NCBI GenBank assembly: GCA_964428225.1
Contig: CAYRXS010000001.1
Span: forward strand, 2,774-66,773
Length of the DNA: 64,000 nucleotides
Direction of reading: 5' to 3'
Origin: an uncultured Planctomycetaceae bacterium
GTDB taxonomy: Bacteria > Planctomycetota > UBA1135 > GCA-002686595
Shown here piece after piece: positions 55,627-64,000 of this stretch. Position 1 is the first letter of the stretch; each line of letters starts with the position of its first letter. The notes beneath the pieces are model-generated. The model searched no databases and was not told the DNA's origin. It saw only the letters and a program-made list of their open reading frames with translations. The position numbers were made by a program, and so were the translations under genes.

Positions 55627-56502
55627 CTACGCCTCCTCGTCCGGCTCGGGGTGCCTGGCGAGCGGGACGTGCCGGGTCAGCTCCTCGGCGAGGATCCACG
55701 GCTTCTCGTCACGCCGCAGGGGCGTCTCCACGCGCGCTCGCCGGAGCGCGCCCGGCTCGATCCGCTCCTCGAGCATCCCCGGCTCGAGGGCGCCCAGCCC
55801 GGCCCGCATGCCGCCGAAGGGGTCGACGAGACAGCTGCCTCCGCCGAAGCCAATACCGTCCTCCCAGCCGACGCGTCCCGCGTAGATCACCCACGTCCGG
55901 AAGAACATCGCGGTCGCGGTGATCATCGTCTCCCAGGTACGCGTGGAGGACAGCCCCGGGCCGGGCGCCTCGACTCCGCGGGCCGGACCCGCGCTGGCGA
56001 CGAGCAGAGCGTCGGCGTCGTTCAGGAAGTGGATGTACGCGCTCGGCACGTGCCAGAGGTCCTCGCACAGGAGCGGACCGATGCGCCCCAGCCGGCTCTC
56101 GATGATCCGGAACTCGTCTCCCGCCGCGAAGTCGCGCGCCTCGTCGAAGATCCCGTAGGAGACCAGGTGCACCTTGCGGTGGACGTCGAGCAGCACGCCG
56201 TCCTCGAAGAACGCGAGCGAGTTGTAGAAGCGCTCCTCCGGAGCCCGCTCCACGAAGCCCAGGGCGATGGAGATGTCCTTCGAGAGGTCCGCGAAGCGGG
56301 CGAGCTCGTCGGCCTCCCGCCCGAGCCCCAGCTCGAACACCTGGTCCTTGAGGTAGTAACCGGTCAGGGAGAGCTCCGGGAACACGACAAGATCCGCGCC
56401 GCCGGCCTTCGCGGCGGCGATGGACTCCGCGTGCATCTCGTGGTTGGCGTGCAGATCCCCCAGCCGCGGATTGATCTGGGCGATGGCGATTCGGCAATCC
56501 AT
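55627..56502 (-). CDS. Carbon-nitrogen hydrolase (nitrilase superfamily), probable glutaminase subunit for NadE
   Basis: Catalytic triad context VVFPELSLTGY (E), HRKVHLV (K), LLCEDLW (C). Directly upstream of nadE. Confidence 0.8.
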   Translation of the reverse strand: MDCRIAIAQINPRLGDLHANHEMHAESIAAAKAGGADLVVFPELSLTGYYLKDQVFELGLGREADELARFADLSKDISIALGFVERAPEERFYNSLAFFEDGVLLDVHRKVHLVSYGIFDEARDFAAGDEFRIIESRLGRIGPLLCEDLWHVPSAYIHFLNDADALLVASAGPARGVEAPGPGLSSTRTWETMITATAMFFRTWVIYAGRVGWEDGIGFGGGSCLVDPFGGMRAGLGALEPGMLEERIEPGALRRARVETPLRRDEKPWILAEELTRHVPLARHPEPDEEA

Positions 56503-56521
56503 GGCTTCCTCCCCTCGAGGG

Positions 56522-57529
56522 CTAACCGAAGTTCCGGGCCGTGGCCAGGGCCTCGGCGACGAGCTCGTCCGCCGGAACCCCCGCGGCCTCCCCCTCGTAG
56601 CTGAACACCAGCCGGTGGCGCAGCGCCGGCGCGGCGAGAACCTCCACGTCCTCCTCGGAAACCCAGGGGCGGCCCGAGAGCAGCGCCCGGGCCTTGCCGA
56701 GCAGGATCACCGCCTGGCCCCCACGCGGGCTCGATCCGTAGCGCAGGTTCCGGCGCACCCCTCGCGGGGCGTGCTCGAAGCCCGGATCGGTGGCGAGAAC
56801 GAGTCGCGCGACGAGCCGGACGATCTCCGAGGAGACCGGAACCTCCCGCACGAGCTCTCTCATCTTCTGTACGTCCTCTGCGCCGAGGACGGCTCCCGGA
56901 CCCGCGTCCCGCAGGCCGGTGGTGGCCTCGAGGATCTGCACGAGCTCTTCCTCCGGCGGGGCCAGGAGCTCGACCTTGCAGAGGAACCGATCGAGCTGCG
57001 CTTCGGGCAGGGGATACGTGCCCTCCATCTCGATGGGGTTCTGGGTGGCGATGACGCAGAAGGGCTCCTCGAGAGGAAGGGTGTCCCCGAAGACCGTGAC
57101 CTGTCGCTCCTGCATGGCCTCGAGCAGGGCCGACTGGGTCCGGGGGGTCGCGCGGTTCACCTCGTCCGCGAGGATCGCGTTGCCGAAGATCGGACCGCGC
57201 TCGAAGCGGAACGTGTGGCCGCCCTCCGCCGCCTCCTCGAGGATGCGGGTGCCGAGGATGTCCGCGGGCATCAGGTCCGGCGTGAACTGGATGCGCTGGA
57301 ACGAGAGATCGAGCGCGTCCGCCAGTCCCTTGACCAGGGTCGTCTTCCCGAGCCCGGGCGCTCCCTCGAGCAGCGCGTGGCCGTCGGCGAGCAGGGTGTA
57401 GAGCAGGAGATCCACGACCCCCCGGTGGCCGAGGAAGCTCCGCCGGACCGCCTCCCGCAACCTCTGCACGCCCTCGCGCAGGTGCTGGATGCGCTCCTCG
57501 ATGTCGATTTCGCTGTCCGGTGGGGTCAT
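56522..57529 (-). CDS. MoxR-family AAA+ ATPase
   Basis: Walker A EGAPGLGKT, Walker B ILADEVNRATP, QNPIEMEGTYPLPEAQLDRF, YGSSPRG. ATG 57529 (MTPPDSE). The upstream part of the 541-aa ORF is non-protein-like. Confidence 0.9.
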   Translation of the reverse strand: MTPPDSEIDIEERIQHLREGVQRLREAVRRSFLGHRGVVDLLLYTLLADGHALLEGAPGLGKTTLVKGLADALDLSFQRIQFTPDLMPADILGTRILEEAAEGGHTFRFERGPIFGNAILADEVNRATPRTQSALLEAMQERQVTVFGDTLPLEEPFCVIATQNPIEMEGTYPLPEAQLDRFLCKVELLAPPEEELVQILEATTGLRDAGPGAVLGAEDVQKMRELVREVPVSSEIVRLVARLVLATDPGFEHAPRGVRRNLRYGSSPRGGQAVILLGKARALLSGRPWVSEEDVEVLAAPALRHRLVFSYEGEAAGVPADELVAEALATARNFG

Positions 57530-58245
57530 CGCGTGCGGTCCAGGATATACGAGCGGAGCCCCTCCAGCCCACGTACGCAGGGCGGGGCCTTCGGATCTCC
57601 CTCGCCGTCCAGGGGGAGCTCCGCGCCGTCGTGGTTCACCAGCACCCCCTCGATACCCGCCCGGCGGGCCCCCGCGACGTCCAATTCCGGATCGTCCCCC
57701 GCGTGGAGGGCCTCCTCGGGAGCCACCCCGGCCCGCTCCAGGGCCCGCCGGAAGATCTCCGGCTCGGGCTTCTCGATCCCCTCCAGGGCCGAGCAGAGCA
57801 CGGGATCGAAGACCCCCTCCCAGCCCAGCGCAGCGAGGAGCTGGGGCAGCCGGGCGCTCCAGTTCGAGATCACCCCGAGGGAGAGCCCCCGCTCGCCCAC
57901 GGCCCCGAAGAGCTCCTCGACCCCCGGGAACACGCGGAACGAGGCGGCGGTCTCGAAGTGGGCGAAGAGCTCGTCGGTGAGCTCCTCGAGCGCCGCGCCC
58001 CGGATCTCCAGCTCCTCGCCGAACAGCCGGTGGATGAAGGCGCGGAACCAGGGATCCGTGTGGCGATGGTGTCCGTCGATCGTCCGCGGGAGGGCGTGGT
58101 GGATCCGCCCCATGAGGCTCCTCATGGCCTTCTCGTCGATCTCGCACCCGCGGTCGCGGGCGGCGCGGGCATAAACCTCGAAGCGCGAGACTCGCGTGGT
58201 GATCAGGGTTTCGCCGATGTCCAGGAAGATGGCTTGCAGCGGCAT
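57526..58245 (-). CDS. HAD-superfamily (subfamily IA-like) hydrolase
   Basis: Motif I variant IFLDIGETL, motif II VISNWS, motif III/IV KPEPEIF..HAGDD. Stop overlaps the moxR start (ATGA). ATG 58245. Confidence 0.75.
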   Translation of the reverse strand: MPLQAIFLDIGETLITTRVSRFEVYARAARDRGCEIDEKAMRSLMGRIHHALPRTIDGHHRHTDPWFRAFIHRLFGEELEIRGAALEELTDELFAHFETAASFRVFPGVEELFGAVGERGLSLGVISNWSARLPQLLAALGWEGVFDPVLCSALEGIEKPEPEIFRRALERAGVAPEEALHAGDDPELDVAGARRAGIEGVLVNHDGAELPLDGEGDPKAPPCVRGLEGLRSYILDRTR

Positions 58246-58361
58246 GGGTGCAGGAATGCGGTGGGGAATCCCCCTTTGACCCAAGGGGGGGAAGGGCGGG
58301 GGCCGATCCTAACCGGTGGGGGGGTGGTTCGAGAGCCGCGGAAGCGGCTCCGAGGAGCTAG

Positions 58362-59375
58362 ATGCGAGACGATCCTTCGACCGAGCGCCGCGGCGTCGCT
58401 TCATGGTGGGCCATTCCCGCGATGGCCCTCCTGCTGTCCGTGGTGGCGGCCTGCGAGGGCCTGCAGGGACCCTCGATCCGTGATCGGCTCGCCCGGGTGA
58501 CCCCACCCGCGGAGGGGCCGAGGGAGCCCCTGCTGTGGGAGGGATGGCATCCGATCGAGCTCCCCGAGGATCTGCGGAGCCCCCTCCTCGTGGTCCACGG
58601 GCTCGCTGACGACGGCTACGTGGTGGCCGCCCTGGACTACCTGGCCGCCCTGTCCGCGGCCCATCCCGGCCGAGCCGCCCTGCTCGAGGCCCAGGGGGTG
58701 CTGCGGGCCCGCCTCGGCTTCCACCGGGCCGCCGAGCACGACTTCGAGCGGGCCCTGGAGCTCGACCGGACGCGGCCGGAGCTCTGGTACGCCCTGGGCC
58801 GCACGCGCCTCGCCCTCGACCTGCCCGCCGCGGCCGTGGAGACCCTGCGGCGCGCCCTCGAGCTCGGCGCCGACGACGCCCTCGTTCATCGCGACCTCGC
58901 CCGCGCCTTCCGCACCCTCGGCCGACGGGTCGACGCGGCCCACCACTACGAGCAGATGCTCCGGCGCGACGGCGGTCGACGGACCGACCTGCTCGTCGAG
59001 GCCGCCACCCTGGCCACGGCCCGCGGCGGGCGAGGCGTGGCCCGTCCGGGCTGGGAGCGGGCTTTTGGCCTCCTGGACGAGGCCCTCACCGAGAATCCCG
59101 GCTCGACCCAGGCCTGGTTCGTCCGGGGGCTCCTGAGCGAGTACCGCGGCGATCTCCCCGGGGCGCTCGACGCCTACGGAGCCGCCCTGGAGCACGATCC
59201 CCTCCACCTGCCCTCCCTGACGAATCTCTCCCTGGTCGCCCGGCGGGCCCGGGAATCGGCGCGCTGCCGGGAGGCCGCTCGCGGCGCTCTCGCGATCGAG
59301 ACGGATCCCCGACGTCGCAAGCTCCTCGAGGGGCTGATCGCGGTCTCCGCCCCGACGAGCCCCGCGCGGGAATAG
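58362..59375 (+). CDS. TPR-repeat lipoprotein
   Basis: Lipobox LSVVAAC. Repeated A..F.RALELD / A...L.RALELG TPR-like helices. Confidence 0.7.
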   Translation: MRDDPSTERRGVASWWAIPAMALLLSVVAACEGLQGPSIRDRLARVTPPAEGPREPLLWEGWHPIELPEDLRSPLLVVHGLADDGYVVAALDYLAALSAAHPGRAALLEAQGVLRARLGFHRAAEHDFERALELDRTRPELWYALGRTRLALDLPAAAVETLRRALELGADDALVHRDLARAFRTLGRRVDAAHHYEQMLRRDGGRRTDLLVEAATLATARGGRGVARPGWERAFGLLDEALTENPGSTQAWFVRGLLSEYRGDLPGALDAYGAALEHDPLHLPSLTNLSLVARRARESARCREAARGALAIETDPRRRKLLEGLIAVSAPTSPARE

Positions 59376-59398
59376 GGCCAGAGCCCGCCGCCCCGTCC

Positions 59399-60982
59399 CT
59401 ACCGATCCCCGAGGGGAAGAAAGGCGATGCGTCGGTTCGGGTAGTCGAAAACGAGGCGGAAGGGGGCCAGGAAGGCCTGGCCGATGTTGCCGAGGGTGTA
59501 AGCGTCGAGGAACGCGCCCTTGTCGACCTGGGCGAAGCCGACCTGGGGCTTCTCGAAGCGACAGCCTCCGAGCTCGAACCACGCGAGCGTGCCGACGTAG
59601 CTCCGGCCCATGCCGCCGACCCCCATCCCCATGCGGGTCTGGACCTTGCGCCCTTCGAGGAGATCGAACCGCTCCACCGCGGGACCGTGGAAGGTGACGG
59701 TATCCGGCGCGCCCGTATCGAGCCGGAAGGGCCCTTCGCGGCCCCCCTCGAACGAGGCGTGGACCACGGGGAGGTTCTTGTGGAGGCGGAGGGCCTGCCA
59801 GCTCCCGCCTTCCAGCTCGTAGGTCGAGGGTATGAAGGCCGAGATCCTCCCCTCCGTCGCCTCCAGCTCGACGACGGCTCGGGCGAGGAACGGGTAGCCG
59901 CAGATTCCCGCGACCTCGACCCCGAAGACGCCACTCAGGAACGCGAGGTCGATCTCGGTGAAGTGGGGATTCTCCAGGACGATCGGGCCCAGCGAGAAGC
60001 TGCTCGCCTCGCGATACCGGGCCGTCACCAGGCCCGCCGCACCCCCCGCGGTGACCTCGCCGAACGCGGGCATCTCCAGCTCGTCCGCCACCCCCGGATC
60101 GATGACCATCCCTCCCGCCCCGGTGTCGAAGATGAACCAGCCCACGTCCTCGCCGTCCACCCGGGGATGGACGAGGAGGTGGCCGCTCATCACCTTCTTC
60201 GCCTCCAGCCGCCCCTGCGCCTCCGGGTCGTAGGTCACCCCCTCGCCGGGATGCGGATGGAAACCGAACGGATTGCGGAGGTACGCGGGCGCGGGGCCGG
60301 CCCCTTGGACGGAGAAGACGTCTTCCAGCCCGCCGGCATCGACGCTGGTGACGGTGTGGGCGATGCGATAGCCGCAGACCGTCTTCCAGTCCTCGAACGT
60401 CCACTCGTTCTCGCCGAACTCCGTCACCAGCAGCAGCGAGCTCGGCAGCCAGCTCTCCCGATCGATGATGAGCGTCAGCTCCGTCGGAGTGTCGGGGACG
60501 CGAATCCGCAGACGGGCTTCGTCGTCGTCCTCCTCCAGGAGCTCGATGTCGAGCGGCGCGGAGGGGGCGAGGAAGTAGCCGGTGCGAATCCAGTGGACGG
60601 CGAGGGCGAGATCCCGCATCTCCATCTCGAGCTCCCGCGTGAGGCCGTACCGGTCTCGTAGCCAGGTCGTCTTCCCGTCGTGGCCCACCGCGTCGGTGAG
60701 CTTGCCGTGGACCTCGCGCACGAATTCCCCGCGCGCCGTGAAGAGCAGATCGAAGGCGACGTCGACACCCTGGTACTGCGCCGAACCGGCCAACCGCAGC
60801 CCCGATTCCGTCTCGCCCAGCGCCTTCCAGCCCACGGCCTCGCGGACGTTCGTCAGGACCGTCTCCAGCTGCTCGGCGGAGAGCGCGGCCGGAGGGCCCT
60901 CCTGCCTCGCGACGCCGAGGCAGCTCGCGACGAGCACCGCGACGAGAGTGATGCCCGAGAAGGGAAGGAACCTCGTGTTCAT
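59399..60982 (-). CDS. Lipoprotein with tandem retropepsin-like aspartyl protease domains
   Basis: Lipobox VLVASC. Two catalytic-type motifs, FIFDTGAGGMVI and FRLDTGAPDTVTF. N-terminal LolA-like region. Confidence 0.7.
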   Translation of the reverse strand: MNTRFLPFSGITLVAVLVASCLGVARQEGPPAALSAEQLETVLTNVREAVGWKALGETESGLRLAGSAQYQGVDVAFDLLFTARGEFVREVHGKLTDAVGHDGKTTWLRDRYGLTRELEMEMRDLALAVHWIRTGYFLAPSAPLDIELLEEDDDEARLRIRVPDTPTELTLIIDRESWLPSSLLLVTEFGENEWTFEDWKTVCGYRIAHTVTSVDAGGLEDVFSVQGAGPAPAYLRNPFGFHPHPGEGVTYDPEAQGRLEAKKVMSGHLLVHPRVDGEDVGWFIFDTGAGGMVIDPGVADELEMPAFGEVTAGGAAGLVTARYREASSFSLGPIVLENPHFTEIDLAFLSGVFGVEVAGICGYPFLARAVVELEATEGRISAFIPSTYELEGGSWQALRLHKNLPVVHASFEGGREGPFRLDTGAPDTVTFHGPAVERFDLLEGRKVQTRMGMGVGGMGRSYVGTLAWFELGGCRFEKPQVGFAQVDKGAFLDAYTLGNIGQAFLAPFRLVFDYPNRRIAFLPLGDR

Positions 60983-61022
60983 CTCGGTGGATCTCCGCGC
61001 GCGCTTCGGCCGGGCCGGTGCG

Positions 61023-62195
61023 CTATTCCGAGTCCTTCAGGAAGAGGTAGTAGAGCTGGCCTTCGGTCTTCACGCGGCCCGCTCGCGCCTCTGCCTCGTC
61101 CCCGATGCCGAGGTAGATGTCGGCGCGGCCCGCGGTACGGATCGCTCCCCCGGTGTCCTGGTCGAACAGGAACCGGTGGAAGGCCTCGGCCGGTTGTGAC
61201 GTTCCCTCGGCGCCCTTCGCGTCCACGAAGACGAGCGCGCCGCGGGGGAACAGGGTTTTGTCCGTGGCGAGCGAGCGCTCCTGCGTCACCTCCACGTCGA
61301 GGCTGCCGTGCGGGTTGCCGTCGATGGGGGTGAAGAAGACAAAAGACTGGTTGCGATGCAGGTAGTCGTCGACCTCCTCGTCGGAAGCTCCCGCCGCCCA
61401 GGCGCGGATCGACTGCAGGCTGGCGGTGCCCTTCTCGATGCGTCCGTCGGCCTCGAGCTCGCGGCCGAGCGAGGAGTACGGTCGCCCGTTCTTCCCCGCG
61501 TACCCGACCCGGTAGAGCGAGCCGTCGGGGAGCTCCACGAACGCCGAACCGTTCACGTGGGCGATGTAGGCGTCGAGCGGATCGGCGAGCCAGACGAGCT
61601 CGAGCCCCTTGCCCTCGAGCATCCCCGCCGCCTCGATCGCCCCCCGGGACGGATAGTGCGGCAGCCGCCCCAGGGCCGTCTCCCAGCCGAGGGTCGTTCC
61701 GTCACGCCCCTTCACGAGATCGGGGGGGAGGGCGTAGAGCGGAAAGCGATGGGTCGCGTCCTCCTCCAGGGTGCCGCGCAGGAGCGGCGTGCAGTAGGCG
61801 GTGAACAGGACCCCGCCGCCGCGGCCGTCCCACCCGGCGCTCTTGTAGACGGAGAATTCCCGCTCGATGACCTCCTGGAGCTCCTCGGGGCCGAAGGTGG
61901 AAGTCAGGATCTCGTGGAAACGCTCCAGCGAGGAGAGGGCCCGCTCGTGCGTGATGCCGGCCTGGGGGAAGAACTGCCGCGCGTGCTCGCGCCGGGTCCA
62001 GTGGAGCGACCTCTCGAGGGCGGGCAGGATCTCGTCGCGCGCCTCCCACTCCTGGGAGAAGTCGGGGATCTCGTCGGGATCGACGCGGATGAGGGCCGGC
62101 GCCCCCTCGGGCAGGGTCGAGTTGTAGTCGGGCGTGCTCTGGCACGCGAGCAACGCGGGAAGGACCGCCAGGGTGCAGAGGATCGTGCGCTTCAT
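61023..62195 (-). CDS. mltA: Membrane-bound lytic murein transglycosylase A
   Basis: Lipobox PALLAC. MltA domain (VWLADPLDAYIAHVNGSAFVELPDGS, GYAGKNGRPYSSLGREL). 3D domain (SLATDKTLFPRG..DTGGAI). Confidence 0.88.
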   Translation of the reverse strand: MKRTILCTLAVLPALLACQSTPDYNSTLPEGAPALIRVDPDEIPDFSQEWEARDEILPALERSLHWTRREHARQFFPQAGITHERALSSLERFHEILTSTFGPEELQEVIEREFSVYKSAGWDGRGGGVLFTAYCTPLLRGTLEEDATHRFPLYALPPDLVKGRDGTTLGWETALGRLPHYPSRGAIEAAGMLEGKGLELVWLADPLDAYIAHVNGSAFVELPDGSLYRVGYAGKNGRPYSSLGRELEADGRIEKGTASLQSIRAWAAGASDEEVDDYLHRNQSFVFFTPIDGNPHGSLDVEVTQERSLATDKTLFPRGALVFVDAKGAEGTSQPAEAFHRFLFDQDTGGAIRTAGRADIYLGIGDEAEARAGRVKTEGQLYYLFLKDSE

Positions 62196-62244
62196 GGCGC
62201 CAGGATAGCGACGCCGATCCGCGCCTCAATCGCTCATCCCCGCA

Positions 62245-64000
62245 TCAATATCCGACGACGATGTCCCACGCGTTGACCAGGAGAGCGGAGCCGCCGACGT
62301 TGTTGAGGATGGCCTGCACGGAGGCCCGGAGACCCACGAACGCGTGGTCGTTCGGGATGAGCACGGCGTGGTTGGAGATCCCGACGCCGCCGAGCGCGCC
62401 AAAGCTGGTGAACACCCAGTCGGAGGAGGGATCGATCAGGAGCTCGCCGACCGGAGTCATCAACCCCGGGAGCATGCCGGAGTAGCCGACGACGAAGACC
62501 AGGCCCGTCGCGCCAACCAATCCTCCGTCCACGGTCGAGGTCCAGTTCGTGCCCAGGATGGGCAGGCTCGTGCTCACGAACACGTCGGGGTTCATTCCGG
62601 AGCCGTTGCGCCACGTCGCCGACGCGTCGCCGACGCTGATCTCGTCGCAGAAGAGCACCCAGAGCGCGCCGCAGTCCGATCCCTCGTCGTCGTCCAGGGA
62701 GGCTCCAGCCAGGAGGTCGGCATGGCCGTCGCCGTCGACGTCCCCGTGCATTGCGACCGCTCCCCCGAAGCCGTCGCCGTCGTCCAGTGTTCCGCCGAAC
62801 TCCCCGGCCTCGTCGCTGATCTTCCCGTATCCGTGGAGCGTCGTCGTCGGATCGAGCAGGAGGATCCACAACGCTCCCCGATCCACCCCGCCGTCGTCGT
62901 CGAGGGGCGTCCCTACGAGCAGGTCGAGGTAGCCGTCTCCGTCGAGGTCGTGGTCGGAGGCGAGAGAAGTGCCGAAGCGGTCGCCGTCGTCCAGGTCGCC
63001 CGGGTCGATTCCCGCGCTCTCCGCGACCCTCGTTTTCGCGCGCACCGCTCCCGTGGAGTCCAGGTAGAGCAGCCAGACCGCGCCGCGGTCGACGCCGCCG
63101 CCGTCGTCTCCGGGGGCCCCGACGGCCAGCTCCTCGATCCCGTCCCCGTCGAGATCTCCCACGGACGCCACCGCGGAGCCGAACACGTCCGTGTCGGCGA
63201 GGCCGCCTCCGAAGCCGCCCGCCGCGTCGCTGATCTTCCGTTCGTCGCGCACCGCTCCGGCCGCGTCCAGGAAGAGGATCCAGACGGCTCCCCGATTCGT
63301 CCCCCCGTCGTCGTCTCCGGGCGCTCCCACCACGAGCTCGTCGAGACCGTCCCCGTCGAGGTCCGCGAGGTTCGTCGCGGCGAACCCGAACAGATCCCCG
63401 CTGTCCAGAGCTCCCGCGAAGCCGCCCGCCGTCGCGCTGATCTTCGTCGCGGCGCGCGGGTGGTGGTCCGTTCCGAGGTAGAGGACCCAGACCGCGCCGC
63501 AGCCGCCCCCGCCGTCGTCGTCGCCGGGCGCCCCGACCGCCAGCTCGGGGATGCCGTCGGCGTCCAGGTCGCCGAGGCAGGCGGCGGAGGATCCGAAGCC
63601 GTCGCCGTCGTCGAGAGGCACGAGCGCGTTCGCCGCTCCCTCGCGTAGGAAGTGCTTCGAGAGGACGGTGCCGTCGTCGGCGAGCAGGAGCAGCTCGGCC
63701 CGCCCGCGATTCGTTCCTCCCCCGTCCTGGCCAGAGGCGCCCGCGAGAGCATCGATTACGCCGTTGCCGTCGAGGTCGCCCGTGGACGCGAGCGACGATC
63801 CGAAGTGGTCGTCGTCGCGAAGCCAGCGGCCGAACCCCCCGGAGGTCTCGCTGACCTTCTGCTCGTCCTTCACGGTGCCGTCCGTGTTCAGGTGGACGAT
63901 CCAGACGGCGCCGTGGTTGTACCCGCCGTCGTCGTCGCGGACCGCCCCGACGGCCAGGTCCGTGACGCCGTCGGCGTCGTGGTCCTCCAGGGACGCCAGG
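62245..64000 (-). CDS. Secreted FG-GAP/VCBS (integrin-alpha-like) repeat protein; 5' end beyond window
   Basis: At least 8 repeats of FG.S.A..GDLDGDG..ELAVGAPGDDDGG.(D/N)RGAVW. The frame stays open upstream of GTG 63873 to nt 64000 (..DLAVGAVRDDDGGYNHGAVWIVHL..). About 130-aa non-repeat C-terminal module. Confidence 0.85.
   Translation of the reverse strand, partial: LASLEDHDADGVTDLAVGAVRDDDGGYNHGAVWIVHLNTDGTVKDEQKVSETSGGFGRWLRDDDHFGSSLASTGDLDGNGVIDALAGASGQDGGGTNRGRAELLLLADDGTVLSKHFLREGAANALVPLDDGDGFGSSAACLGDLDADGIPELAVGAPGDDDGGGGCGAVWVLYLGTDHHPRAATKISATAGGFAGALDSGDLFGFAATNLADLDGDGLDELVVGAPGDDDGGTNRGAVWILFLDAAGAVRDERKISDAAGGFGGGLADTDVFGSAVASVGDLDGDGIEELAVGAPGDDGGGVDRGAVWLLYLDSTGAVRAKTRVAESAGIDPGDLDDGDRFGTSLASDHDLDGDGYLDLLVGTPLDDDGGVDRGALWILLLDPTTTLHGYGKISDEAGEFGGTLDDGDGFGGAVAMHGDVDGDGHADLLAGASLDDDEGSDCGALWVLFCDEISVGDASATWRNGSGMNPDVFVSTSLPILGTNWTSTVDGGLVGATGLVFVVGYSGMLPGLMTPVGELLIDPSSDWVFTSFGALGGVGISNHAVLIPNDHAFVGLRASVQAILNNVGGSALLVNAWDIVVGY

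Overview
Origin-proximal chromosomal segment (64 kb) of a high-GC diderm bacterium of uncertain phylum. GC is roughly 65-70% by eye, and diderm status follows from LptD, KdsC/KdsD, MltA and outer-membrane barrel genes. The replication core is dnaA, a 594-bp spacer, dnaN, a DUF721/DciA-like gene and gyrB, with no recF. The spacer carries five DnaA-box-like 9-mers and the only AT-rich tract nearby. Upstream lies pyrF and a complete bacillithiol pathway (bshC-bshB1-[orphan parA]-bshA). Downstream is an envelope operon on the minus strand, kdsD-kdsC-giant lptD-tatA. The rest is housekeeping (M50 protease, scpA, trxA, fmt, rsmB, lysC, mgtE, lepB, selU, purF, tRNA-Arg-CCG, split nadE, mltA), two ECF sigma/anti-sigma modules, several secreted beta-propeller and lipoprotein genes, and a compact cheY-cheX-cheC-like operon with a strong terminator. 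I recognised no rRNA, CRISPR array, transposase, integrase or phage genes. Many very long ORFs in the track are antisense or off-frame shadows typical of high-GC DNA and were not called. The most interesting items are: (1) a 1,743-aa LptD whose N-terminal region of about 1,200 aa reiterates OstA/LptA-like motifs and sits where lptC-lptA normally follow kdsD-kdsC; (2) the orphan, lower-GC cheY plus two CXY-family phosphatase genes with no kinase or receptor; (3) a translationally coupled HAD-MoxR-nitrilase-NadE operon; (4) a C-terminal module apparently shared by two unrelated secreted propeller proteins; (5) the oriC architecture. All functional calls rest on motif recognition by eye. No database search was run.
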